From a virus (lineage: Duplodnaviria; Caudoviricetes): a DNA stretch of 64,000 nt. The DNA is taken from positions 11,773 to 75,772 of the IMG/VR virus record IMGVR_UViG_2700988850_000001. The stretch is one strand, 5' to 3'. Shown piece after piece: positions 28,417-37,797 of this stretch. Each line of letters starts with the position of its first letter. Positions within the stretch are counted from its first letter, which is position 1. Below the pieces are notes generated by a model. The model searched no databases. It was not told the origin of the DNA and saw only the letters and a list, made by a program, of their open reading frames with translations. Position numbers and translations under genes: made by a program.

Positions 28417-29528
28417 CCGTTCTTAACCTCTCGCCGTGGAACAACCCAACACTTGTATTCATCCTCACCCTCGAATCGGACGGCGGAGAGGGGCCGGTCG
28501 ATTGAGTAGTTGATGGTGACCAAGATGCCGGGGGCTTTGCCTACTGCGTTCACGAAATACTCAGGTGTGAACTTGAACTTGATCGGCTCGTGAATGCACT
28601 GGCCTGGCAACTCCAAGGCGTCGTCAATGCTATTGACTCCCGCCTCGTCTTGCGTGTAGAAGGAAATCTCCTCGTTGCCAATCGTAACCCAGAGGTCGGT
28701 CTGCCTGTCCTTTGCGATGACTGTCATAATGCGCTGGACAATTTCGACCATCTGCTCACGGTTCGCAAGGATGGTGTTCTCAGTCTCTTGGCTTGTGACC
28801 TTCGAGACTGGCGGGTAGTTCTCGCCCAGCAGTACACACTTGATCTGCGTGTAATCATTGGGCGCGAGGCACAGGAAGTTTCCGTCAACCCGTCCTCGAG
28901 TCTCGTCCATCTGCGACAGCAAAGGTGCGAGCACTGCCATGGGGACGAGAACGCTGTCCTCTTCCATGTTCAGTGCCAGCGGAGCAGTGACCAGCTTGTA
29001 CCCGTCGGTCGCCACGATGGATTCACCGTCAAGGTAGACGGAGGACGTAGCCTGAGATTCCTTGCGCGAGACTGCCCAGGCTACCTGGTCAAGTCGAGCA
29101 CCGAATCCGTTGAGCGGGCTGGTCTCTTCGTAGTCGAAGTCCTCCCACTCCGGGTACTCGCGGTCAATGAGTCCGACCGATGCGCGAGTTCTTCCCGAGG
29201 TAATTCGAATCTTGTTTCCCTCGAGCTTAAACGTGCACTTCTTTCCCGACCCGATAGGCAGGGCGTTGATGATACCCGATGTGACTGCGGAAGGTACGCG
29301 CCACGTCGTGGCCTCCCCTTGGATGGAGAGCGGGTTCATCCACTCCTTGTAGAACACGCCACCATTGGTGGCATGGGCGACGACCTGACCGCCACCCATG
29401 CCGTCCGGCAGAATCTCAAGAAGGATGCCAGCATACTTCTCAATCTCGGTGCCCTTCATCGGGGCAATCCGCGCAGCCTTCTTGAGAGTATCTGCCAGAG
29501 CTGCCGTCTCAAAGACAACTTCAGTCAT
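28413..29528 (-). CDS. dnaN: DNA polymerase III beta sliding clamp
   Basis: 371 aa with three-domain repeat; ATNG, EYP, VATDGYKL, NYP, and C-terminal VVPRR. Confidence 0.82.
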   Translation of the reverse strand: MTEVVFETAALADTLKKAARIAPMKGTEIEKYAGILLEILPDGMGGGQVVAHATNGGVFYKEWMNPLSIQGEATTWRVPSAVTSGIINALPIGSGKKCTFKLEGNKIRITSGRTRASVGLIDREYPEWEDFDYEETSPLNGFGARLDQVAWAVSRKESQATSSVYLDGESIVATDGYKLVTAPLALNMEEDSVLVPMAVLAPLLSQMDETRGRVDGNFLCLAPNDYTQIKCVLLGENYPPVSKVTSQETENTILANREQMVEIVQRIMTVIAKDRQTDLWVTIGNEEISFYTQDEAGVNSIDDALELPGQCIHEPIKFKFTPEYFVNAVGKAPGILVTINYSIDRPLSAVRFEGEDEYKCWVVPRREVKNG

Positions 29529-30148
29529 CCGGCAACAGCTCCAACCTCACGAAGCGCACCGAGAAGCTGCACGGACTCCACGATATCCTGAAGAACTCGG
29601 TGCGACTTCGTGGGCGCGAGGAGCTTCATGGCCTTCTCGTAGAGCTTCGGGTTGATCACCTTGGTGTGCTCGGAGATGGAGGAGAAGTCGATGTTCCGGT
29701 AATGGAAGTATCCATTGAACTCTTCGGTGCCAAAGAAGTTCAGCCACTCGCGGTCGAAATGGATCGAGCTACCGCACAGCGGGTGACCGCGTTCCACGTC
29801 GTTCGACTTGAGCCAGTTGATCGCGTCGTGCATCACCGTGTACAGATGATACGGACCGAAGTCGTTACCGTCTCCGAGAATGTCCTGCTTGCTGAGGTCC
29901 ATTACCTCGGCGAGAAGTCCACTGTTCACGTGCATGTCGTACGCAACGTTTCCAGACTTCCAGTCCTCCGAGCCGGGAGCGCCACGAAGGAAGCTGTACG
30001 ACTGGTCAGTCAGGCAGACAGACTGAAAGGCGTCGATCATCTCAAGCTGAGGAGAGTACAGCGCCATGCCCAGCTCGAGAATGTGACCCTCGGAAGGCTT
30101 CAGGCCAGTGGTCTCGAGGTCGAGCAAGATGAATCCGTTGAAGCTCAT
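29525..30148 (-). CDS. orn: Oligoribonuclease (Orn-like DEDDh exonuclease)
   Basis: DLETTGL, MH..SGL, GSSIHFDR, FHYRNID.SS and HR.L.DI.ES are Orn-specific motifs. Confidence 0.85.
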   Translation of the reverse strand: MSFNGFILLDLETTGLKPSEGHILELGMALYSPQLEMIDAFQSVCLTDQSYSFLRGAPGSEDWKSGNVAYDMHVNSGLLAEVMDLSKQDILGDGNDFGPYHLYTVMHDAINWLKSNDVERGHPLCGSSIHFDREWLNFFGTEEFNGYFHYRNIDFSSISEHTKVINPKLYEKAMKLLAPTKSHRVLQDIVESVQLLGALREVGAVAG

Positions 30149-30297
30149 TTACCATTCTCCTTCTTGAGGTGGACTATCCACCTGCGGCCGACCTTCTCGG
30201 CCTTTACGATTCCGTCCCGACACCATCTGCGGGCGGTGTATTCAGTGATGTGGTACCGCTGAGCAAGTTCCTCTACGGTGATCGTCTCACGTGGCAT
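30145..30297 (-). CDS. Excisionase/MerR-like winged HTH protein (50 aa)
   Basis: Hand translation MPRETITVEELAQRYHITEYTARRWCRDGIVKAEKVGRRWIV, HTH_17 pattern; absent from ORF track. Confidence 0.7.
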   Translation of the reverse strand: MPRETITVEELAQRYHITEYTARRWCRDGIVKAEKVGRRWIVHLKKENGK

Positions 30298-30401
30298 TCT
30301 TCTTGCGCTCCTCAACAATATCCAGGAGCCATGATGGAAAGATGTAAGTCTCGCCGTTAACCACAGCCGACTGCTTTCCGGTGCGCTCGATCTTGTCCAG
30401 G

Positions 30402-31904
30402 TTAAGCTGCATTCTTCTGTCGTTTCCTCAGGTCCTCAAGCATGCTCTTAACAAGCTTCTTCTCGAACTCCTTCTGCTCGACAATGTTTTCGAACAGATT
30501 CTTTTTGACCTTGAGGATGCTCTCGACCCTGGACTCCACAGTGTCGCGAGCCTGGTAGTCGAAGATCTGTACCGACTGGGTAGTGCTCTGACCGATGCGG
30601 TTCATCCGGTCAACCGCCTGCTGGTTAAGAAGCGGGACAAACAACTTGTCGAGGAACTGACCATGCCTGGCTGCCGTCATGTTAAGTCCGATGCCCGCCA
30701 CCTGGGTCATGCAGACGATAACTGCGGGGCCGTCCACTGCCGCCCACTCCTTGACGATGCCCTGACGCTGGTCGTTGGGTACGTCGCCGTGAAGTGCGAA
30801 CACAGGAACCTGCGTTGCCTTGCCGTTCACTGGAACATTGGCGAGCGCCACGTTCAGGCGATCAATGTAGCAGTGAAGAACTGATCTGAACTGCGTGAAC
30901 ACCACGATCTTGTGGCCGTTCTCGCAAATCTCTACCGCATCCTCGGTAGCCAGGTCCAGCTTTGCGGACTTGTCCAGCCCGTCCTCGCGAACGGAAGCCG
31001 TGGTACCGCAAATCTGCTTGAGCCTCAGGAACTTGGTCATGGGGTTCTCGATAGCATCAGGGTCGCCGCTGCCGGTGTCGAGAAGAAGTTCAGTAGCCAC
31101 CTGGTCGTACAGCTTCTTCTGCTCAGGCAGCAGGTCAACCTTGCGGGTGATGTACTGGACCTCAGGAAGATCGAGCACTTCATCCTTGGTCCGGCGCAAC
31201 ATGATAGCTGCCATGTCTCGCCGAAGCTCTTCCTCATTCTTCGGGCCAACAATCTGCTTGCCCTGCCAGCCTCCGAACGCGCAATACTTCTGAGTGAATC
31301 CCCAGTACGTACCCCACTGTCCGGGTTGAATGCGATCGAGAAGAACCCACAACTCGCTGACGTTATTCAGGAGCGGTGATCCCGTCAGCATGAAGCTGCG
31401 CTGCGTACGCAAGGATTGAAACGCCTTGGTGCGCTGGGATTTGTGGTTCTTCAGGTAGTGCGCCTCGTCCGCGCAGACGATATCGAAGCCGAACTTGTTA
31501 ATCTCTGCGAGGTGAGCCTTCACCTGTTCGTAGTTCACGATCAGGACTCTAGAGCCTTCGATCTTTGCGAACTCTTCGAGCTGCTGCTTCCGAACCTTCG
31601 GAGTGCCGTCGAGCTTCACATAGTCGATGCGAGTGAACTTCTCAATCTCGTCTGCCCAGTTGGACTTGAGGCTGACGGGGCAGACGACAAGCATCTGAGA
31701 ACGGACGCCGTACTTCTGATGCATCTTCTGGCAGTGAATACCGAACACTGTCAGAGCTGTCAGGGACTTGCCGAGACCCATATCGTCGGCCAGGAGGAAC
31801 GACTGCATATTCCAAAGGCGACGGACGCCCTCGGTCTGGTGCTCATAGTAGTCAACGTCGTCCTTGATGAACGGCTCGAGCGACTTCCTGTTATGAAGCC
31901 CCAC
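30402..31904 (-). CDS. SNF2-family DNA helicase
   Basis: LADDMGLGKS, DEAH, LTGSP, GLN.T.A and QA.DR..RIGQ. Confidence 0.92.
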   Translation of the reverse strand: MGLHNRKSLEPFIKDDVDYYEHQTEGVRRLWNMQSFLLADDMGLGKSLTALTVFGIHCQKMHQKYGVRSQMLVVCPVSLKSNWADEIEKFTRIDYVKLDGTPKVRKQQLEEFAKIEGSRVLIVNYEQVKAHLAEINKFGFDIVCADEAHYLKNHKSQRTKAFQSLRTQRSFMLTGSPLLNNVSELWVLLDRIQPGQWGTYWGFTQKYCAFGGWQGKQIVGPKNEEELRRDMAAIMLRRTKDEVLDLPEVQYITRKVDLLPEQKKLYDQVATELLLDTGSGDPDAIENPMTKFLRLKQICGTTASVREDGLDKSAKLDLATEDAVEICENGHKIVVFTQFRSVLHCYIDRLNVALANVPVNGKATQVPVFALHGDVPNDQRQGIVKEWAAVDGPAVIVCMTQVAGIGLNMTAARHGQFLDKLFVPLLNQQAVDRMNRIGQSTTQSVQIFDYQARDTVESRVESILKVKKNLFENIVEQKEFEKKLVKSMLEDLRKRQKNAA

Positions 31905-32085
31905 TGATATCCGCCTCCTTTATCTTCCAGCCTCGCTCGCCGCCATGAAAAACGATCGAGTAAACCTTGTGCCTCTTACCCGTGTCCAGTGATAGCTCAC
32001 TAGCCACTCGAAAGGCGTCCTTCCAACGAAAAAGCGCGATACCGGAACCCAAGGCAAGAACATCGTCAATCCAGTTGTGGGCCAT
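31891..32085 (-). CDS. Hypothetical protein
   Basis: Short coupled ORF MAHNWIDD...; start uncertain. Confidence 0.45.
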   Translation of the reverse strand: MAHNWIDDVLALGSGIALFRWKDAFRVASELSLDTGKRHKVYSIVFHGGERGWKIKEADISGAS

Positions 32086-32120
32086 AACCTTTCGGTCCGC
32101 ATCCCACCAGAGCTTATCCC

Positions 32121-32699
32121 TCAGCCCCAAGCCTGCTTGTGCTTGCATCCGTCACATCCTCCCGTGCCAGGCTCGCGAAGCATGCGATCTTCCAGCGAGA
32201 ACACGAACATGTGGCAACCCTTGCAGCGGAAGTATCCCTCGTTGTTCGGGTCCGGCTCGATGTTGTACTTCTCCATGTCACGCTCTTGAGTGCTCGGTGC
32301 CTGTAGATTCGACAGGGCTTCACGCGCCTCGTCGTGCGTGATTTTGTGCTCGCCGTTCTCGTCGTCCATGACGCTCGGTCCGGCAGACCACGGAGTGTCG
32401 CCACCATTCCAAGAGCGACCATGCTTGAACATCAGGCATCCGATAATGACGCCGGAAAGGTTGTAGCCCACCTCGCCGCTTTCGATAGTCATGGTGACGA
32501 TATCGTGCAGCGTCTTGAGCTGATCGACGTTGAGTCCGTCGATGAAGTTGTGAATGACAGCCTTGGACATTTCATCCTCGAGCTTGTGTCGCTCGGCGTG
32601 ACGCTCAGCGCCTTCTCCGAAGACCTTCATCTGCGCCCGCATGGCTGCCTCGATCATGGCCTGGATTTCTTCGGGCATTCCGTTTTCGTCGTCGCTCAT
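32121..32699 (-). CDS. Hypothetical protein with C-terminal CxxC/CxxC zinc finger
   Basis: CKGC and CDGC; AGGAG RBS. Confidence 0.6.
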   Translation of the reverse strand: MSDDENGMPEEIQAMIEAAMRAQMKVFGEGAERHAERHKLEDEMSKAVIHNFIDGLNVDQLKTLHDIVTMTIESGEVGYNLSGVIIGCLMFKHGRSWNGGDTPWSAGPSVMDDENGEHKITHDEAREALSNLQAPSTQERDMEKYNIEPDPNNEGYFRCKGCHMFVFSLEDRMLREPGTGGCDGCKHKQAWG

Positions 32700-32721
32700 G
32701 TCGTCTCCTAAGTTTGTTTGA

Positions 32722-32757
32722 GAAGAAGGGCGGGGTCAGGAAACCCTGACCCCGCCC
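32722..32757 (-). terminator. Intrinsic terminator
   Basis: gggcggggtcagg-aaac-cctgaccccgccc with a TTCTTCT tail on the minus strand. Confidence 0.7.
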
Positions 32758-32789
32758 GATTACTTAGTCACACTGTGACCAAGTGTCTA

Positions 32790-33380
32790 TCAGAACGGCG
32801 GCTCGTCGTCGTCGTCCGGTGCACTTGCAGCAGGCTGCGAGGCAGGCTGCGAGGCAGGCTTGACTGCACTGGGCATCTTCGCTGCCGAGACAGTAGATGC
32901 GGCAGGCTTGTCCTCCACCGCATTGAACGCCTGCTCGGGCTGCGAAGGTGCCGGAGAATCCGAACCGTACTGACCGACGCCACGCTCCTCGCGAATGTCT
33001 TCGAAGAGGTTGTTGTTGCCGTCGTTCCACGCCTGAGCGATCTTCAGGTTCTCACCATCGAGACCCTGAGGAACGATGTAGGCGTTGCCGCCAGCCGCCT
33101 TCGGCTGCTGGTAGACCAGGGCAATCGGAAGCTTCTTGCCGATGTAGCGCTTCAGGTTGTCCTTGATCGCGGCGTTGAACCACATGACGCCGAGGTGAAA
33201 CTCTTCCGTGCTCAGGTCGAGAACATCCACGACCACAGCCTCAGCGGCGTCGTCGTACTTCGTCTTGATGCCCTGCTTGAAGTCGAGCACCTTCACCAGG
33301 AGAGGTCGATTTGCAATGTCCGACGGCTTCAGCTTGTCGCCACCGGCCTGCATTTCGAAAGTCTCGAGGGTATCCGTCAT
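32790..33380 (-). CDS. Putative ssDNA-binding protein
   Basis: Globular N-terminus, low-complexity linker and acidic DDDDEPPF tail typical of SSBs. Confidence 0.55.
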   Translation of the reverse strand: MTDTLETFEMQAGGDKLKPSDIANRPLLVKVLDFKQGIKTKYDDAAEAVVVDVLDLSTEEFHLGVMWFNAAIKDNLKRYIGKKLPIALVYQQPKAAGGNAYIVPQGLDGENLKIAQAWNDGNNNLFEDIREERGVGQYGSDSPAPSQPEQAFNAVEDKPAASTVSAAKMPSAVKPASQPASQPAASAPDDDDEPPF

Positions 33381-33422
33381 TTCTGTTTTCTCTTTTCCTG
33401 TTTGCAGTTGCACTGGGCCGGA

Positions 33423-34085
33423 TTAGTCCAGTGCGGTAAGGCCACCAGCTGGTGAAGGCGCTGGCTTTGATGGGGCCTGAGAAAGAATATCTGTCCATTC
33501 GCGATAGAGTGGAAGATACTCAGACACCCAAGCTTCCTGGTTCGTCTCACTGCCGCGCTTGATCGAGAGCTGCGAGTAACGGGTACCGTTTCTCGACTTA
33601 GCTACCTCGAGATGCAGCGAGCAAAGGTTGACGAACAGTGGAGTCTGGTGTACCTGGTGGTACTTGGCGTACCTGGCTACCTCCTTGACGGAGGAGCCTG
33701 ACACGCTGAGGATGTGGACCTTGCCTTCGATCAGAAGGATCATGTCCCACGAGTTCGAGCAGGCAATCGTTCCAGGATCAGTGTAAGGCTGCTCACTGAC
33801 ATTGGTTCGATAGTTGCAAGTCGAACAGAGTGTTGGCTTGTTGGGGCTGGGGAAGTTCTGATTCGGGTGAGGGTGCTCACCATCGTTTGACTTGCACCCT
33901 ACTACAACCTTGGGATTGTCCGCGTACTTCAGGAACAGTACACGCTTGCGAACCAGTCCGATAGGAACCGCGTCCTCAATCTTACTTCCCAGTGTTTCCC
34001 GACTCTGCGAGTTTGCTATCTCAAACTCCCCAGCTCTGTGTGCAATCTTGAGAGGTATTGATTGCGGGAGCTGAACCAAGTCCAT
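33423..34085 (-). CDS. Hypothetical protein (possible ssDNA-binding/recombination factor)
   Basis: 220 aa, Cys motifs, own promoter-like sequence upstream. Confidence 0.5.
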   Translation of the reverse strand: MDLVQLPQSIPLKIAHRAGEFEIANSQSRETLGSKIEDAVPIGLVRKRVLFLKYADNPKVVVGCKSNDGEHPHPNQNFPSPNKPTLCSTCNYRTNVSEQPYTDPGTIACSNSWDMILLIEGKVHILSVSGSSVKEVARYAKYHQVHQTPLFVNLCSLHLEVAKSRNGTRYSQLSIKRGSETNQEAWVSEYLPLYREWTDILSQAPSKPAPSPAGGLTALD

Positions 34086-34171
34086 GTTTGCTGTCTCCGT
34101 TTTGTCCGGTGAACATACGATAACACAACGCTATGCAACATGTCCACATGGTCTGACCTGGGCGTATTGCC

Positions 34172-34492
34172 CTATCGGGTTTGAACGTGCCGACTCGTAT
34201 AGAAATTGACCTTACGCTTTCGGCACCACCGAATGAGTTCTTCTTCTGTGACCCTCCACTCGGCAGCTTCATTCAGTCCTCGAATGTTAATTGCCCGAAG
34301 CATCATGGGGTCTTGCTTCTTCATCTCGCGTCCGACATAGAATAGAATCTTCTCGCGAAGATGCTTCTCGCTTATGTCGAACATGTAAGCGATCTGATCC
34401 ACCGTGTACATGAATGTCTTGAGTGGAAGCTCGATCGCGTCGGCCATGAGGTCGGCCCTCAGATCGGCGATCTGTTTCTTGCTGGCAGGCAT
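34172..34492 (-). CDS. MerR/excisionase-like HTH DNA-binding protein
   Basis: MYTVDQIAYMFDISEKHLR...WRVTEEELIRW. Confidence 0.6.
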   Translation of the reverse strand: MPASKKQIADLRADLMADAIELPLKTFMYTVDQIAYMFDISEKHLREKILFYVGREMKKQDPMMLRAINIRGLNEAAEWRVTEEELIRWCRKRKVNFYTSRHVQTR

Positions 34493-34610
34493 TGATTCAA
34501 CTCCTAGAAGAAGCTAAGGGACCGGACACAAGTCCGATCCCTTAGCGGCACTCTGACCCACAGAGTGCGGTCATAGTACCATGATCCTCGGAACTTGTCG
34601 AGCTATGTAC

Positions 34611-34949
34611 TTACAGCATGCCCTGTCTGCGCATCTCGCTGAGCGTCATAAACTCGTACGGGTTCTTCATGTCCTCCTTACTGGGGAGGGGTAGACGAAC
34701 CTCGTCGGGACTTCTGACCATGTGAATGAGCCACTGCTCGGGGGTCATGTTGCCCTTCTCGTTGTTGCAGTTGGCGCAAGCTGGGCGCATGTTTCTGGAT
34801 TTATTCTTGCCACCCTTCGATAGTGGCATCCAGTGGTCCATGGTCTCGCCACCGCCAGTGCAGTAGGTGCCACGCAGGAAGCAGGACGTTCCATACTTGG
34901 CGTATACCTTCCCCCGCCTGGCTGGCGTCACCGACTTTCGTCTGCTCAT
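34611..34949 (-). CDS. HNH endonuclease
   Basis: DHWMPLSKGG...N.RPAC..CN..K. Confidence 0.85.
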   Translation of the reverse strand: MSRRKSVTPARRGKVYAKYGTSCFLRGTYCTGGGETMDHWMPLSKGGKNKSRNMRPACANCNNEKGNMTPEQWLIHMVRSPDEVRLPLPSKEDMKNPYEFMTLSEMRRQGML

Positions 34950-34950
34950 G

Positions 34951-36691
34951 TCATCGCCTGTGCCTCTCTGATCTGCGAACGCGCTTGGATTCTTCCTTCA
35001 TCTGCTCGAGGCCCTTAGTCAGCCCGTCCACGGTAAGAGTCATGAACCTGATCGGGTTCCGCTCAATGATAGCGAAGCCCATCTTCTCCCACCGATCGAA
35101 CACGGCACCAATAGCACCGACACTTGGGGGATTGTCCGGGTCGATTACAAGTGACACGAACTTCGGGGTGCACAGTTCGCTGAACTCGCCGGTCATGTAG
35201 CGGTTCACGACTTGACGCACCTGATCTTCCAGCTGCCCGCTGCCGCGTCCCCGTGCGTTCGGTTCGAACGACCTACCCGACACCCGGAGTCCGGCTACCT
35301 CGGTACCGTCTGGCGTGGTGAACGGTTTCTCTTCGACTACGCGATGAGTGGATGCCCCCCCAGCCAGAAGTTCGACTGCGACGTCTTGTCGATAGGTCTC
35401 GAGGAACTCGAAGATTCCTGACTTGTAGGGCTTGTACTGGGGGTTTTGGTAGGGGGTCCGAGTGATCCCGCTCGCCTCGCACATCTTCGTGATGCGATGG
35501 TGGCAGTCGCACGGGCAACCCTCGTAGTCAGTGCATACCTTGCACGGTTTACCGCTCGGTGACTTCGGAGAAGTCCCCTCATGAAAGCCCACACTACAGA
35601 ATCCACTGACCATCTTCCTCTTGGTTGCCACTTAGTTAGCCTTTCCTACGAATGCCATTGCCCACTCCACGAACCGCTGAGTCTCGACAGTATTGTCTCC
35701 TTGCTGAATCGCAGAGGAGTAGACGTGATCCATGCAATACTTGGCGATCCTGCCGTCCTGATACACGTAGATGTAACCGGCGTTCTTCTTGCAGCGCGCC
35801 TTCTCGAGTGCCGCATCGCGCTTCGCCTTCATCATGGCGTCATACTCTTCGTCCCCCTTTCCCTCCTTGTTGTTCTTGTAGGTTGCATACAGAGGCAGGT
35901 GGCCGTACTTGATTCCATCGCAGGCGTGCTTGGTTGGGTAGTCCTTCTGGTGGCCTGGGTAGTAACCCACCTCAACCTTTTTGTGCGGGCTGGGAATCTT
36001 GGCAATCCAGGGGCAGGCTGCCAGCATCCCGGCTCGATCAGTGAGCATGCCCTTGATGTTGAACATTGCCTTGGGTCGTGTTTCTTTCAGCTTGGTCACG
36101 TGTTGCTCCATTCCGGCGTGCCGAACACTGCCGCCTCTGTGTACTTGACATTGGCCTTCATCCACTCCGCACCTTTGAGTCGAGCGACAACCCGGTACGT
36201 GGTATTGGATAGCCAGATCTTCCGCTTCTGACCCTTGGCGATCGAGCTGGTACCAAAGGAACAGTTGCCGATGTTGATGTAGTAAGTCGTCAGCGCCTGG
36301 ATGATTTCCAGCGCATCCTTCTTGTTCACCTCAACGTAGCAGTTGTACGCTTTGCTGAGGTACTTGTCATACGGATTCGGAATCCAGGGCATTACAGAAG
36401 TCCCATCGCTCGGAGCCTGAGTTGTCCACGTTCCTCTGCGGTCAAGAAGCCCAGGCCGGGGATCAGGTAGTCTCTCGGGTACAGGTAGACATTCTTCTTG
36501 ATGCTCCCGTCCCTCAGGATGTGCTGCGCCTTCCGGGTCGGGCATCGCATGCACACTAGAACCTGAATGAATCCACCACGGGGACGCTCAACCGTGTGGT
36601 ACTTCCATGCGTGCATGAGTGCACGGCACGTCACGTACTTGTCGGGAATGTCATTGATCGTCGGCTTCTTCGGCCTGGACTTCTTGCTCAT
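34951..36691 (-). other. Four coupled hypothetical genes (34951-35631, 35632-36111, 36096-36392, 36392-36691), several Cys-rich
   Basis: Abutting leftward ORFs from the track; no family recognised. Confidence 0.55.
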
Positions 36692-37497
36692 AGCTCTACA
36701 CCTTCTCGCATCTGTTCGAGAGCAACAGCCGTGTAAGTTTCTGTGGTCTTGGAGCTTGCATGACCCAGGAACTCTTGCACTACACGAATGTTGTTTGTTT
36801 TGTTGTGCATTGCAGTAGCTACCGTGGCCCGCCCATCATGAGTGGCGGAATCGCCGAGACCGGCCTTACCTGCAATGTCCTTCCAGCGACGCCGTGCCGT
36901 CCGATCAGACAGCGGCACAAGCATTTCGCCGGGTCCAGCCTCGCTAATGCGGTCACGAAGGTCTTCCCAAGCCTGGCTCGAGATGGGAACCTCGCGAGTC
37001 TTATCCCCCTTGCCGATCACCGTGATCACGCGCTCGTCAGTGTCGATGCTATAAGTTGAGAGTGATCGCACCTCACTGATGCGGAGACCGCACCTACCTA
37101 GCAGTGTTACAAGTGCTCGGTCGGTAGGCGTCTCGCACACGCTGACCATCTTGGCAACGGCGTCCATGCCTCCGCTAAGCGGATGGGGTTTCGGTCTCGG
37201 AGGTCGGGGCGGGGAGTAGTCCTCCAAGATCGTCCCCATCCCAGCCCACTTCCCGTAGGTCTTGAACGTCGCCAGTCTCCTGATTACTGTTCTCGGCGCT
37301 GAGTCCTTCCTTGTCGTCGTCAAGTACTTCGAGGCTGCCTCCTCGAAGGTTGATGACGTGTCGCCTGACGTACGAATCCAGGCTAGCAACCCACTCAGAT
37401 CGCTTCCGTAGGAACGGGTAGTGTGTGAACTTCGTCCCCTCTCGGACAAGTATTCGAGGAACCTGGCGATAGAGTCGATGGTAAGAGTCGTCTCCAT
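36688..37497 (-). CDS. Tyrosine recombinase (XerC/D-like, no arm-binding domain)
   Basis: AGGAGG RBS before ATG 37497; SAM-like core-binding domain (F.EYL..RG.S.HT.RSY); catalytic R (GLRISE), K (GKGDK), HxxR (HDGR), H (LGH) and Y (TETY). Confidence 0.9.
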   Translation of the reverse strand: METTLTIDSIARFLEYLSERGRSSHTTRSYGSDLSGLLAWIRTSGDTSSTFEEAASKYLTTTRKDSAPRTVIRRLATFKTYGKWAGMGTILEDYSPPRPPRPKPHPLSGGMDAVAKMVSVCETPTDRALVTLLGRCGLRISEVRSLSTYSIDTDERVITVIGKGDKTREVPISSQAWEDLRDRISEAGPGEMLVPLSDRTARRRWKDIAGKAGLGDSATHDGRATVATAMHNKTNNIRVVQEFLGHASSKTTETYTAVALEQMREGVEL

Positions 37498-37795
37498 TTG
37501 CGAACGCCTCCTGGGCGATTCGATCTCTAGCCTCCACGATGGACTGCGCTTGAGCAAAGGAGATATCCCAAAACTCCTTGGTCGCCGCCAGTTCATCACG
37601 GGTCATGTCGGATAGCTTGGCCGATACAACCCTGTTCTGTGCTCGCATTCTCACGACCACATCGTGTCCGGCCTCGCCACTGAAGTATCTGTTCTCCTCA
37701 TTCTTATTGATGAACAAGGTGAAGCTGATGTGGTTCACATCCAGAAGCGCCCTGGTGTAGTCGGCAAGCTTTGCTCTGATCTTTCTCTGTGCCAT
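37175..37795 (-). CDS. Hypothetical protein overlapping the recombinase 5' end
   Basis: 206-aa ORF starting right after the upstream stop. Confidence 0.5.
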   Translation of the reverse strand: MAQRKIRAKLADYTRALLDVNHISFTLFINKNEENRYFSGEAGHDVVVRMRAQNRVVSAKLSDMTRDELAATKEFWDISFAQAQSIVEARDRIAQEAFANGDDSYHRLYRQVPRILVREGTKFTHYPFLRKRSEWVASLDSYVRRHVINLRGGSLEVLDDDKEGLSAENSNQETGDVQDLREVGWDGDDLGGLLPAPTSETETPSA

Positions 37796-37797
37796 GT

